Part shown: positions 19,943 to 30,222 of the stretch, in pieces
Position numbering within the stretch: the stretch's first letter is position 1
How the letters are laid out: the number at the start of each line of letters is the position of its first letter
Assembly (NCBI GenBank): GCA_040218735.1
Contig: JAVJQW010000008.1
Coordinates: 192,001 to 256,000, forward strand
DNA from: Deltaproteobacteria bacterium
GTDB lineage: Bacteria > Myxococcota > Kuafuiibacteriia > Kuafuiibacteriales > Kuafuiibacteriaceae
Length of the DNA stretch: 64,000 nt
Reading direction: 5' to 3'
The notes under the pieces: model-generated
Seen by the model: the letters and a program-made list of their open reading frames with translations, nothing else
Database searches by the model: none
What the model was told of the DNA's origin: nothing
Made by a program: the position numbers and the translations under genes

Positions 19943-21634
19943 ATGACCGTCAAGAAGCTCTGGGTCCTCACGATCCCCGCCGCGGTCGCGGTGGCGGCCT
20001 ACCTCTATCCGGACGAAGCACCGAAGCGCGGGGCAGCGCTCCGCTACGACGTAGAGCTCGACGGGAAGTCCCGCGCGCAGCTCGGCGCGCCGGAGCAACC
20101 GGTCGTCGTGGACAGCCGCTACGCGGTCGCGGCGTCCGTCGAGCTCCAACCGACGACCGACGCGCCGGGCGCTCCGATGGCGCTCACGTTCCTCGCCGTG
20201 GAGCGGGCGACGGTCGAGGTCCTCGGCGAGGCGGCGCTCGACGCGACGGGGATCGCCGGGCGGACCTTCTTCATCGACGGCGACGCGCTGGTGTCTCCCG
20301 CAGATGCGACGCTCGATCATCGGCGCCTCGCGCAGCTGGTCGCGTCCGAGCTCGCGGTGGAGCTCTCCGACGAACGCAACTGGACTTCGATCGAATCGGG
20401 GCTCCTGGGTCGGGTGGAGTCGAAGTACGAACGCGACGGCGAGACGATCGTCCGCGACCGCGTGGCGTACGCGACCCTGCGCTCGGGCGTCGACGCGAAC
20501 ACGGCGAAGGTCACCGGGCGCGACGCGATCGAGATCGAGGACGGACGGTTGCGTTCGCTCGTCGGATCCGAGGAGGTTGTCGCCGCGTCCTTCGTCGCGG
20601 AGGCGTCCCGGCGGATCGTGCGCGTCGGCGTCGAGATCGCGCGCCCGATCGTGCAGCCGCCCAAGGTCGTTCGCCACGTGATGAGCGAGCCGATCGTCAG
20701 CGGGACCGCTCAGGATCGCGCGGTGCGGGATCGCATCGACGGGCTCACCCCGGACGCGCTCGTCGCCGACCTCGAGGCCCACCCCACGGGCCAGCTTCCG
20801 CACCACAACGCGTGGCTGTGGCGGGCGACCGGGTTGCTTCGGGCGCAGCCCGAGGTCGCGGCGCGCCTCGTCCAGACGATCCAGTCGCCGGCGATGACGA
20901 CCGGGGGGCGCGGGCTCGTCCTCGACCTCCTCGCCTCGGCGGGGCACGCCGAGGCGCAAGCGGCCATGCGATCGATCGTCGAGCTCGACGCGGTGAAGGA
21001 CGATCCGAAGGCGTCGCTCCTGTTCCAGCGCTTCGCGTTGTTGAAGCAGCCCGACGCGGCGACCGTCCGTTTCCTCACCGACGCACGCAACACCGCCGGC
21101 GACATCGACCGGTACACCGCGAGCACCGTGTCCCTCGGCGCGGCGGCGGCGCGCGTCGAAGGGGGCGATCGGATCGCGCAGGGGCTGCTCGCCGACCTCT
21201 CCGCGGAGACCGACGAAGACCGGCTCCGCGCGATCGTCGCGGGCGTGGGCAACACCAGGTACGAGCCGGCCGCGTCCGAGCTCGCGGCGAAAGCGCGCAC
21301 GTTCTCGCCGCGCCTCCGCGCTGCGACGGCGTCGGCGCTTCGGCACCTGCACTCGGACCAGGCGCGCGCGCTCGCGCTCGCCCTCGCGCGGGACCCGGTC
21401 GATCTGGTGCAGGTCCGTGCGCTTCACGCGCTCCGCAAGCAGGGGCTCCGGCCGCAGGACATCGCGGGGCTCGATCCGCGCCCCCTCGCCGAGCTCGCGC
21501 TCCCGGCGTTCGTGACGCTGCTCGAGCCCCACGTGAACCACCCCGACGCGCGGCGCGCCTTGACCCAGGTGCTCGCGCGAAAGGCCGACCCGCAGCTCAA
21601 AGCGCGCGTACGTGATCTCCTCCAGACCCCCTGA
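19943..21634 (+). CDS. HEAT-repeat protein with N-terminal anchor and beta-rich N-domain (partner of the giant protein)
   Basis: ATG 5 nt after the giant gene stop. N-terminal hydrophobic segment, LLASAGHAEAQAAM, C-terminal LRAATASALR and ARDPVDLVQ HEAT-like repeats. Confidence 0.7.
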   Translation: MTVKKLWVLTIPAAVAVAAYLYPDEAPKRGAALRYDVELDGKSRAQLGAPEQPVVVDSRYAVAASVELQPTTDAPGAPMALTFLAVERATVEVLGEAALDATGIAGRTFFIDGDALVSPADATLDHRRLAQLVASELAVELSDERNWTSIESGLLGRVESKYERDGETIVRDRVAYATLRSGVDANTAKVTGRDAIEIEDGRLRSLVGSEEVVAASFVAEASRRIVRVGVEIARPIVQPPKVVRHVMSEPIVSGTAQDRAVRDRIDGLTPDALVADLEAHPTGQLPHHNAWLWRATGLLRAQPEVAARLVQTIQSPAMTTGGRGLVLDLLASAGHAEAQAAMRSIVELDAVKDDPKASLLFQRFALLKQPDAATVRFLTDARNTAGDIDRYTASTVSLGAAAARVEGGDRIAQGLLADLSAETDEDRLRAIVAGVGNTRYEPAASELAAKARTFSPRLRAATASALRHLHSDQARALALALARDPVDLVQVRALHALRKQGLRPQDIAGLDPRPLAELALPAFVTLLEPHVNHPDARRALTQVLARKADPQLKARVRDLLQTP

Positions 21635-21693
21635 CGACGGGCGTCGCGGCTCGAGCCCTTGACGTGGGGAAGACGGGCTGGTTCGTCAGTGCC

Positions 21694-22509
21694 ATGCACA
21701 AGCGCACGATGACCGCGTTCTCGCTCCTGACGATGACTCTCCTGTTGGGGTGCCCCAAGAAGGAGGAGGCGAAGGCGCCGCCGGTCGCCGAGAAGAAGGC
21801 GGAAGCCAAACCCGCCGAGGCGAAGAAGGCGGAGGCCCCCGAGCACTACTTCAACAAGAAGGAGAACCTGGACCCGGATCCGGCGTACGTCCCCGGCGAC
21901 TACCCGGCGCCGGACACCGCGGCCGCGAAGAAGGCCTACGAGGAGCGGGCCGCGAAGATCGCGGTCGGGGGTGACAAGACCCTGAAGGTGCAGGAGGGCG
22001 GCGAGCTCACCTTCGGCATCGCGAAGAACGAGGAGAAGCGTGTCTTCGGCTACTTCCGCAAGTACGCCGGCGCAGTGGCACTCGGTGCGTCGGGGCCCGA
22101 AAAGGTGGAGCTGGTCATCGACGTCAACTCGATCGACACGGCGGTCGCGGGCCGCGATCACCGCATCATGGACATCCTCCTCCAGAGCATGAAGCCCGAG
22201 TACGGGACGGCGGTCCTCGTGTTCGACAAGTTCGACATGGGCGGCAAGTCCTGGGACGACGCCGTGAAGGAGGGCGCGCCGATCGTCGCCTCCGGCTCGC
22301 TGACGGTGAACGACAAGTCGAACCCGGTGAAGACCAAGCTGAGCGTCACCCAAGAGGGTGACGTCTACACGGTCGAGACGACGGACAAGGTGCTGATCAA
22401 GCTCTCCGACTACGGCTACGGCGAGCGTCCGTACGCGCTCATGAAGGCGTGCAACCACGTCTCGATGGGCAACGTCGTCGACCTCGCGGTGAACGTGAAG
22501 CTGAAGTAG
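21694..22509 (+). CDS. YceI-family lipoprotein
   Basis: Lipobox LLGC. IDVNSIDTAVAGRDHRI, GSLTVN and LSDYG motifs. Confidence 0.8.
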   Translation: MHKRTMTAFSLLTMTLLLGCPKKEEAKAPPVAEKKAEAKPAEAKKAEAPEHYFNKKENLDPDPAYVPGDYPAPDTAAAKKAYEERAAKIAVGGDKTLKVQEGGELTFGIAKNEEKRVFGYFRKYAGAVALGASGPEKVELVIDVNSIDTAVAGRDHRIMDILLQSMKPEYGTAVLVFDKFDMGGKSWDDAVKEGAPIVASGSLTVNDKSNPVKTKLSVTQEGDVYTVETTDKVLIKLSDYGYGERPYALMKACNHVSMGNVVDLAVNVKLK

Positions 22510-22516
22510 ACCGCGG

Positions 22517-24052
22517 TCAGCGGCGCTCGGCGACGTCGACGGCGAGCATGGACCGACCGGAGGACTCGGTTCCGTCGCGCGGGCTCGGCTCGTGCGTTTG
22601 CCACCACGCGGCGGCGTCCTCCGTGGTCCACGCTTCGAGCACGAGCGTGTCGAGCGCGGCGGCGAGGGCGGCTCCGTCCGCCGGGCGTTCTTCGGGGCGC
22701 TTCGCGAGGCAGCGGAGGATCAGCGCTTCCAGCTCGGCGTCGATCGGGCGGCCCAGCGCTTCGGACGGAGGTTCGGGCGTGTCGTTGAGATGTCGCGAGC
22801 ACACTTCGATCACCGTTCGCCCCTCGAAGACGTCGCGCCCCGTGAGGAGGAAGTAGCCGACCGCGCCGAGCGCGTACACGTCGGACGGCGCGCCCACGTC
22901 GTCCGGGTCGCTGATCGCTTCCGGTGCGAGGAAGCTCGGCGTCCCGACCACGACGTTGGCGTTCGTGAGCCCGTCGGCGACCGGGTCGTCGATCGCTTTG
23001 ACGAGGCCGAAGTCCAGCACCTTGACGGTGTCCGGCGTGTTCGCGCGGACGCACAGCATGATGTTCGCCGGTTTGATGTCGCGGTGGACGAGCCCCATCG
23101 AGTGCGCCTCCGCGAGCGCGCGCGCGGCCTGGAGCAGGATGTGGCCGACGCGGCCGGCGGGCACCGGTCCAGCGAGCTCGACCAGCGCCTCCAGCGTGAA
23201 GCCCTCGACGTACTCCATCGCGTAGTAGAACTGCCCGTCGGGCGTTCGGCCGTAGTCGTAGATCGACACGCTGTTGGGATGTTCGAGCCGGCTCGTCTGC
23301 GTCACTTCGCGCTCGAACCGGGCGATGGTCTGTTCGCCGGCCTTGTCGATCGGCAGGAGTTTGACGGCCGTCGGGCGTCGCAGCATCACGTGCGTCGCGC
23401 GGTACACGACGCCCATACCGCCTTCACCGAGTTTGCTCGACAGCTCGTACTGGCCGAGCCGTAGCGCGTCCCGCACCTGACGCCGCAGGCCGTAGATCAC
23501 GTGCGAGGTGACGGCGTTGGCGCCGACGAACGCAACGCCCATGAACGTGAGGCCTTCGCGGAGGAGGTGGTGCGTCGCTTGGAAGGGTTCGGAGATCAGG
23601 ATGGGCAGCATGCACGCGGCGCCGACGAAGAGTGTCCGGAGCGTCTGACTGGGTACGAGCGCGGCGCGTACGCCGAGCAGCAGCATCACGCCGAACAACG
23701 TGAACACCGGGCCGTACGCGGGGGTGTCGGCCGGTGCGAACGCTTCGCCGATGAACACGTAGATCGTGGACAGCCCGACGGTGACGCCCACTTCGAACGC
23801 GAGCACGACGAGCCGCGGCGCTCGCGTGAACTTGAGGAGCGACCACGAGGCCAAGAGCACGGCGGTCACGAGGTACCGGAGCGTCGCGATGCCCTCGGGG
23901 ATCTCGGGCGTGCCCTGGGCGTCGAAGACCAGCGGCGTCACGAAGTCGGAGACGTACGCCGCGACGTCGATCATGAGGATCACCTGTACGTACAGACGGG
24001 TGCGATCGCGGAGCAGGTCGACGTCCCGCGGACTCGCACTCGCGGACGACAC
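22517..24052 (-). CDS. Membrane-bound Ser/Thr protein kinase (multi-TM N-terminus)
   Basis: LGEGGMGVVY, AVK, HRDIKPAN, DFG and APE motifs. About 6 hydrophobic helices at the N-terminus. Confidence 0.92.
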   Translation of the reverse strand: MSSASASPRDVDLLRDRTRLYVQVILMIDVAAYVSDFVTPLVFDAQGTPEIPEGIATLRYLVTAVLLASWSLLKFTRAPRLVVLAFEVGVTVGLSTIYVFIGEAFAPADTPAYGPVFTLFGVMLLLGVRAALVPSQTLRTLFVGAACMLPILISEPFQATHHLLREGLTFMGVAFVGANAVTSHVIYGLRRQVRDALRLGQYELSSKLGEGGMGVVYRATHVMLRRPTAVKLLPIDKAGEQTIARFEREVTQTSRLEHPNSVSIYDYGRTPDGQFYYAMEYVEGFTLEALVELAGPVPAGRVGHILLQAARALAEAHSMGLVHRDIKPANIMLCVRANTPDTVKVLDFGLVKAIDDPVADGLTNANVVVGTPSFLAPEAISDPDDVGAPSDVYALGAVGYFLLTGRDVFEGRTVIEVCSRHLNDTPEPPSEALGRPIDAELEALILRCLAKRPEERPADGAALAAALDTLVLEAWTTEDAAAWWQTHEPSPRDGTESSGRSMLAVDVAERR

Positions 24053-24203
24053 GTCCGGATTCTGCGCATGTTGCGGTCGGGCGGAGCAAGCGCAGGGATC
24101 GTCGCTTCCTCGCGAGCCGGACCTCGCCGCGGCGGTGACGGTCCGTGCGACGTGCTGTCACAGTCCACGCGACACGTCGCCTCCTTGCGGTGCGCTCCGG
24201 TGC

Positions 24204-24219
24204 TGGCCCACGATGTGCT
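24204..24219 (+). promoter_or_regulatory. Putative sigma54 promoter
   Basis: TGGCCCACGATGTGCT (GG-N10-GC), 13 nt before GTG 24233. Confidence 0.45.
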
Positions 24220-24232
24220 ATCGGAGGTCGAG

Positions 24233-24904
24233 GTGTTTCGGACGACCCTCGTCCTAGCGACGCTCGTCGCATGTGTGATGCCGCGTGTCGCACGCGGTGG
24301 CGACAGTGAGGGATTGGCCGCGTCGTCGACGACGAGCGTGTCGGCCTTACCCGCTCCGGCTCGTGTCCGTGCGTCGGGGCCGAACGACGAAACCTCCAAG
24401 CGGCTGTCCGCCGAAGGTGTGCGGAGGTTCCTGGCGCGGCAATCACAGCGACGGGCTCCGCCGCCCGAGCCCGGCCTCGTGACGGGCGAGGTCTTCGCCG
24501 GCCTCGGCGCGCTCGTTGGGTATCGCCTCGCCTCCGGCGCCGCCTTGTCCGCCGCCGACCCGGAGCTGACGACGTCGTCGGCGACCGGTCTGCTCTTGCT
24601 CGACGCGACACTCACCAGCGCCGTCGTCGCCGGCGCCGTGTACCTCGTCGGCGACTCGAGCACGGACTACGAGCCCTCGTTCCTGGACGGTGTCGTCGGC
24701 GCCGTCGTCGGCTACTGCGTGGGACTGATCGCCTCCGTCGCGGTGGTCGTCGTGGACCGGAACAACCGCGAGCCGCTCGAGCGACATCGCGACGACCTCA
24801 GCACCAGCGCGTTGATCACGATCGGAATCGCGAGCGCGCTCGGACCGCTGTTCGGCGCGGTGATCGGTGTCAACGCGGGCAAGGACATACGCCCCATCGA
24901 GTAG
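24233..24904 (+). CDS. Hypothetical membrane protein with Gly-zipper-like helices
   Basis: GTG preceded by GGAGG. Signal-like N-terminus and four Gly/Ala-rich hydrophobic segments. Confidence 0.6.
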   Translation: MFRTTLVLATLVACVMPRVARGGDSEGLAASSTTSVSALPAPARVRASGPNDETSKRLSAEGVRRFLARQSQRRAPPPEPGLVTGEVFAGLGALVGYRLASGAALSAADPELTTSSATGLLLLDATLTSAVVAGAVYLVGDSSTDYEPSFLDGVVGAVVGYCVGLIASVAVVVVDRNNREPLERHRDDLSTSALITIGIASALGPLFGAVIGVNAGKDIRPIE

Positions 24905-24973
24905 GTGGACGCAAAGCGTTTCCCGCCGCGTCCGAATGTGAGGGTCGCGTGGCCGCGGAGCACCGCGCCACTA

Positions 24974-25024
24974 GAACGACGAACGCCCGGCGAACCTCGT
25001 GGGCTCGAACCGGGCGTCGCGTTC
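24974..25024. terminator. GC-rich hairpin downstream of tRNA-Val, between convergent genes
   Basis: ACGCCCGG ... CCGGGCGT inverted repeat with outer GAAC/GTTC. Confidence 0.45.
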
Positions 25025-25030
25025 GCGGGA

Positions 25031-25105
<75 letters not shown>

Positions 25106-25122
25106 GTGAACGGACCGCGTAG

Positions 25123-27756
25123 ATGCCAAAAGATCCCGCGCCTGTGAAGCGAAAAGTGTCCCCAGGTGGTCGTTCCGCCGGAGGGTTCGGCTACGAGGTG
25201 CGCCGGGCGCTCCTTTCGGGCACGTACGTCGAGGTCTACGAGGCCACGGCGCGGCTGCGCGGGGACTTCGAGCGGCGCGTCCTCCTCAAGCGGCTGAAGC
25301 CCGACCACGTGGACGACGCCCGGCTGCGCGAGGCCTTCCTCGGGGAGGCGCGGGTCGTGGCGCAGCTGCAGCACGTCAACGTCATCTCGGTGCTCGACTT
25401 CGGCATCGACGACGCCGGCCCCTTCATCGCGCTCGAGTACGTCGACGGGCTCGACCTGGAGAACGCCGCGGCCGGTGCGCCGCTGCCGCCGTTCGTCGGG
25501 CTGCACGTCACCGTCGAGGTCCTCCGGGCGCTCGAACACGCGCACGACCTCACCGACGAACGCGGCGCGCCGCTCGCGATCGCCCACGGCGACCTCGGCC
25601 CCCACGCCGTCATGCTCTCGTGGTCGGGCGACGTGAAGCTCTCCGCATGGTCCGTCGCGCGCAGCGCGCACCTCGACGTCACCACGATCGGACAGCCGCG
25701 CGGCAGCATCGAGTTCGTGGCGCCCGAGCGCCGCGACGGACGCCCCGCCGACCGGCGCTCCGATCTGTACTCCGTCGGCAAGCTCCTCCGCTGGATGTCG
25801 ACGGGCACCGCCGGCATCGACCACGCCACGTTTGCGGACGACCGCGCGCTGCGCGAGGTCATCGACATCGCCACCGCGCGCGACGCCAAGGATCGCTACG
25901 CCGACGCCGGCGCGATGATCGACGCCGTCTGGCCGCTCCTCGTCCAGCACGCCGAACGCGACGGACGCCGCGCCACCTGCGCGTGGCTCTCCGAGCGCCG
26001 CGACCTCTTCGCGGACACCTCACTCCAGGTCATCGCCGGGCTCGCACGCGACGCGGTCCGCACCGAGCGCGCACCCGTGCCGAAGATCCAGGTGCCCGAG
26101 AGCAGCGTCACCGCGCGCGACGACTCCGCGATCGGCGCGCTCGTGCACGGCTACCGGATCGAAGCGCTCGTCGCGCGCGGCGGTTGGGGCGACGTCTACC
26201 GCGCGCGCCACGCGAGCCTCGGCCACCTCTACGCGGTGAAGGTGCTCGGCCGGCAGATCACCTCGCCGAACGGCGCCAAGCGCCTCGCGCGCGAAGCGAA
26301 GGCGATGAGCCGGCTCGTGCACGACAACGTCGTCCCCGTGCTCGACAACGGGCAGCTCCCCGACGGTCGTCCCTTCCTCACGATGCCGTTCCTCGAAGGC
26401 CGGACGTTGCATCAGATCATCGGCAACGAAGGCCCGTTCTCCAACGATCGCGCGGCGTCGTTCGTGCGGCAGATCGCCGAGGGCCTCGACGCCGCGCACG
26501 CGCAGGGCATCATCCACCGCGACCTCAAACCGGGGAACGTCTTCGTGAGCGAGGAGGGCGGCCTCGAGCGTGCGCGGATCCTCGACTTCGGGATCGCGCG
26601 CGTCGTGGAGGACGGCCGCGATCAAACGCAGCTCACCGCACCCGATCGCCTCCTCGGCACGCCGTGGTACGTAGCGCCCGAACAGATCCGCGCGCCGTCC
26701 GACGTGACCGGCGCGGCGGACATCTACTCCCTCGGCATCGTCCTGTACCGAATGCTCCGCGTCGAGCCGCCGTTCGCGGGCACACCGACCGACGTCCTCG
26801 AAAAACACCTCCTCGCGGACCCGCCCGCAGTCGACGGTCCGCTCGGCGAGGTACTCGCGCGGATGCTCGCGAAGCACCCCGATCAGCGGCCGACGCCGCG
26901 CGGGCTCGTCGAGGAGCTCGACGCGATCGGCTACGGTATCGATACGGCGCGGACGCGGGTGAAATCGTCGGCGGGGCGCTCCATCTCTGGGGATCCGGTG
27001 AGCCCCGGCATGATCGAAGCGGTCGCGTTCCACGACCCGACGATGATGACGCCGACGCGGCTCGACCCGCCGGCCCCAACGCGGCCTCGCCGCACGCCGT
27101 GGGCCGCGATCGGCGCGGTCGTCGTCGTCGTGATCGCGGCGAGCGCGCTCGCGACCGCGCTGTTGCTCGCGCCCGAGCCGACCCCCGTCGCGTCGGCGCC
27201 GGTCGTCCCGCAGCCCGGCGCTCAGGCCGCGCCGCGCGTGCAGCCGGGCGCACAGCCCACCGCGCCCCCGAAGGCCCCCGAGCCGCCGTCTCCTGCTCCT
27301 CCTTCGAAGCCCGCGAAGCTCACGAAGCGCACGCCGCCGAAGTCGGTGAAGAAGGGCGACGCCGTTCGTCAGGCCCGCCGTCACCTCTGGAACGTGCTGA
27401 GCACGAACGGCCTCGCGATGGCCGATGTCGAGGCCTCGGCCTCCCTCGCCGCGGCCGTCACGCCGGTGCAAGCTGCCTTGCGCGCCGCGGACTCCGCCAC
27501 CGCGGAGCGGCTCATCGCCGAGGTCGAGCGCGTCGCGCCCGCGGCGTCGGCGGATCCCGCGCTGATCGACGCGAAGCTCCGGCGGGTGCAGAAGCTCCTC
27601 TCCCGCGTCGCCCCCACCGTCGCGACGGAGAAGGTGAAGGCGTTCGAGGATCGCTTCTTCGCGCTGAGCTCGACGTCGCCAGGCACGGACGCGCTCCGCC
27701 GTCAGCTCACCGTCCGCATCGCGGCGCTGGAGCGCGATCTGTTGCGCGCGAAGTAG
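25123..27756 (+). CDS. Tandem pseudokinase plus Ser/Thr kinase with TM helix and Pro-rich extracytoplasmic tail (start uncertain)
   Basis: Domain 1: HGDLGP, lacks DFG (VKLSAWS). Domain 2: [40 protein letters not shown]. Confidence 0.88.
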   Translation: MPKDPAPVKRKVSPGGRSAGGFGYEVRRALLSGTYVEVYEATARLRGDFERRVLLKRLKPDHVDDARLREAFLGEARVVAQLQHVNVISVLDFGIDDAGPFIALEYVDGLDLENAAAGAPLPPFVGLHVTVEVLRALEHAHDLTDERGAPLAIAHGDLGPHAVMLSWSGDVKLSAWSVARSAHLDVTTIGQPRGSIEFVAPERRDGRPADRRSDLYSVGKLLRWMSTGTAGIDHATFADDRALREVIDIATARDAKDRYADAGAMIDAVWPLLVQHAERDGRRATCAWLSERRDLFADTSLQVIAGLARDAVRTERAPVPKIQVPESSVTARDDSAIGALVHGYRIEALVARGGWGDVYRARHASLGHLYAVKVLGRQITSPNGAKRLAREAKAMSRLVHDNVVPVLDNGQLPDGRPFLTMPFLEGRTLHQIIGNEGPFSNDRAASFVRQIAEGLDAAHAQGIIHRDLKPGNVFVSEEGGLERARILDFGIARVVEDGRDQTQLTAPDRLLGTPWYVAPEQIRAPSDVTGAADIYSLGIVLYRMLRVEPPFAGTPTDVLEKHLLADPPAVDGPLGEVLARMLAKHPDQRPTPRGLVEELDAIGYGIDTARTRVKSSAGRSISGDPVSPGMIEAVAFHDPTMMTPTRLDPPAPTRPRRTPWAAIGAVVVVVIAASALATALLLAPEPTPVASAPVVPQPGAQAAPRVQPGAQPTAPPKAPEPPSPAPPSKPAKLTKRTPPKSVKKGDAVRQARRHLWNVLSTNGLAMADVEASASLAAAVTPVQAALRAADSATAERLIAEVERVAPAASADPALIDAKLRRVQKLLSRVAPTVATEKVKAFEDRFFALSSTSPGTDALRRQLTVRIAALERDLLRAK

Positions 27757-27757
27757 C

Positions 27758-28414
27758 TCATTCGATCACCCACAGCACGACCGCCGTGATCGCGCTCGTA
27801 ACCGCCAAACCAAAACACACGTTGGCCACCGTCGCTTGCGTCGACGCGCGGCTGTCGAGCGCGTCGCGTCGCTCGGGCGTGTGCGCCATCGACTCGATCT
27901 CACCGACCGTCCCTCGACTCAACGCTCCGAACGCGATCCCCCCCGCCAACGCCGCGACGCCGACGCTCCCCGCGATCCACGGGTACGGCGACGAGGCCGT
28001 GGGGGTCGAAGTGACCGCCTGCGGCACCGTCACCGCCTTGGGCGCGAACAGCTGCGACGCGAGCGGCATCCACGCCGCGGGCTTCTTCGCGTCGGCGCGC
28101 GGCACCTTGAGCGTGACCTCCTTCGGCGCTCCGTCGACGACGAGCTGCGCGCGTACGAACATCTGCAACGGTCCGCCGACGACCGAAAGCAGCAGCACCT
28201 CGTTCGCACGTAGCCGCGCGCGCACCGCTTCGACACACGGGCCGGCTTTCGCGCACTGCTCCCAGTCGGGCCGGTCGACTTCGACGCGTCGCCCGCTGTG
28301 CTGTTCGATCGCCGCGCCGACCGCGCGCGCGACTTCCTCGGACTCCGACAGCGGCACGCCGCGCGCCGCGCCCACGTGGACGCCGACGACGCCGATCAGC
28401 AGCTGGAGCAGCAC
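27758..28414 (-). CDS. Hypothetical exported or membrane protein (myxobacterial type, two C-terminal TMs)
   Basis: C-x5-C motif, YPWIAGSVGVAALAGGIAFG and C-terminal ANVCFGLAV helices. Confidence 0.6.
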   Translation of the reverse strand: MLLQLLIGVVGVHVGAARGVPLSESEEVARAVGAAIEQHSGRRVEVDRPDWEQCAKAGPCVEAVRARLRANEVLLLSVVGGPLQMFVRAQLVVDGAPKEVTLKVPRADAKKPAAWMPLASQLFAPKAVTVPQAVTSTPTASSPYPWIAGSVGVAALAGGIAFGALSRGTVGEIESMAHTPERRDALDSRASTQATVANVCFGLAVTSAITAVVLWVIE

Positions 28415-28471
28415 GCCGCGGAGCCTACCATCCCTTTGAACGCGAGCGACGCCGTTGCATGATGGTCATCG

Positions 28472-30181
28472 GTGCGCGGCGCTCGCCTCAGCTGGTTGCT
28501 CGCGGCGTCGGCCTGCACGGCATCACCGTCGAAGAGCGCGACCGCACCTGCGCCGCCGGACGAAGTCACCTACCTCCTCGCCGTCGCGCGCGGCGAAGGT
28601 GTCACCGCGTCCGCGCTCGTGCGTCGGGTCGACGACGACGTCGGCGCCGAGCTCCCCGAGTCCTGGACCGACGCCGATGAAGCGTGGATCCTCGGCTTCA
28701 CCGACGACGAGCTGGAACGAATCCCGCTCGTGCCCTCCGCAGAGCCCGCCCGCGCCGCGGGTGATCGCGACGCGTTGCTCGCAGCGCCCGCGTGGCAAGT
28801 GCACGGCGTGATCGAGGCGGGGGCGGCGACGCTCGCGGTCGACGGCGTACCGCCGCCGGAGCTGACCGTCGCAGGCCTCCCCGCGTGTCCCCAGGTCTAC
28901 GGCCCCGACAGCTACGCCGACGTGCGGTGCCGCGTGGACCGCTGCGTCGCGCCGATTCAACAGGAGGGCTGCGACATCGCGATCGACGAGTTCTCGTGTG
29001 AGATCGGATTCGACGTCCGCCTCGACGGACGCGGCAACCCCGTCGACAACGGGAGCTGCGAGACCGGCCCGGACCACGAAGGCGCGCGCTCGGTCGTCCA
29101 ATGCGACGATCCGCCGGCGACGCGCTGTCCGATTCATCTCTACGACGGCCTCGAGCCGATCGCGGGACGCGTCGAGACGGCGACGGTCTACGCAGTCGAG
29201 GCGCGCCCCGTAAATGACGAGCCGTACGAAGACACCGGCTTCCTCAGCGGTCTCGCCGTGCTCGAAGACCGCGTCGTGGTCGCCGGGCACGGGGGCGCGG
29301 CCGAGCCGCTCATCTGCCCGGCGATGGCAAACGAGCTGACGTTCTTCGACCGCTCCGATCTGTCACGGATCAAGACGACGACGGTCGGGCGTTGCCTCCG
29401 CGAGCTCGTTGCGGCGGAGGACCGCGCGACGTTCTACATGATTTACGGAACGCACCCGTTCGTGCAGTTCGCCGAGGTCGACGCCGACGGAGAGATCCTG
29501 CGTGAGGTCGCGCGGGTCACCAACGGCGGACGTGAGTACGGGCGCATCGTGCTCACCGGCGGTGACGCCGTGTTTCTCGAGCGGAGCGTCGCCGCAGGGG
29601 TCGATACGGTCGTGGCGGTCGACCTCGAGTCGTTCACGGTCACCGCGACCGACTTCTCCGACGCCCCGCCGCGGCGCCTGTCGGACGTGTATCCGTTCCA
29701 GCCAGGTCAGATCCTCATCGCCGAGCGCGATCGCGGCGTCGTGGTGCGCTTCGACGTCGGAACCGGCGCCATCGTCGACGAGACCCCGCTCTGTGAAGGC
29801 GCGAAACACCCGGAGGCGATCTTCAGCGACGGGCGCTTCGCCTTCGCGCTGGGCAACGGCGATCGATCGTCGTTGTCCGTGATCGATCTGAGCTCCATCT
29901 CGGCGCCGTGTGTCCTCGCAAAGTACTTCGCGGGCTTCGCCGACACCCGAGTTCCCGTCGGCATCGTCGGCGACCGGCTCTGGGTGGCGGCGCGTCGCTT
30001 CGAACGCGAAGAAGACGTCGGTCGCGCGGTGCTCGCCGCTTACGATCCCTCACGTGAGTCCTTCCTCGCGGGCGCGCTCGATCTCGGCCCGGGGCTCCCG
30101 ACCCACGCTGTCCTCGTCGACGACGTGATCTACGTGGTGCTCGCGTGGTCGGGACACCTCGTGCGAGTGCGTGACCTTTGA
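28472..30181 (+). CDS. Cys-rich lipoprotein with probable C-terminal beta-propeller (paralog 1)
   Basis: ASACTASP lipobox. Beta-strand blade-like repeats. Aligns with the next gene. Confidence 0.7.
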   Translation: MRGARLSWLLAASACTASPSKSATAPAPPDEVTYLLAVARGEGVTASALVRRVDDDVGAELPESWTDADEAWILGFTDDELERIPLVPSAEPARAAGDRDALLAAPAWQVHGVIEAGAATLAVDGVPPPELTVAGLPACPQVYGPDSYADVRCRVDRCVAPIQQEGCDIAIDEFSCEIGFDVRLDGRGNPVDNGSCETGPDHEGARSVVQCDDPPATRCPIHLYDGLEPIAGRVETATVYAVEARPVNDEPYEDTGFLSGLAVLEDRVVVAGHGGAAEPLICPAMANELTFFDRSDLSRIKTTTVGRCLRELVAAEDRATFYMIYGTHPFVQFAEVDADGEILREVARVTNGGREYGRIVLTGGDAVFLERSVAAGVDTVVAVDLESFTVTATDFSDAPPRRLSDVYPFQPGQILIAERDRGVVVRFDVGTGAIVDETPLCEGAKHPEAIFSDGRFAFALGNGDRSSLSVIDLSSISAPCVLAKYFAGFADTRVPVGIVGDRLWVAARRFEREEDVGRAVLAAYDPSRESFLAGALDLGPGLPTHAVLVDDVIYVVLAWSGHLVRVRDL

Positions 30182-30222
30182 GCCCTGGCGCGGACGGGAC
30201 CGGCCGGGCAACATCCGCGTCC

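Noticed and set aside
28444-28459. Sigma54-like box GAGCGACGCCGTTGCA before the tandem lipoproteins
   Set aside because: Lacks the invariant GG at -24
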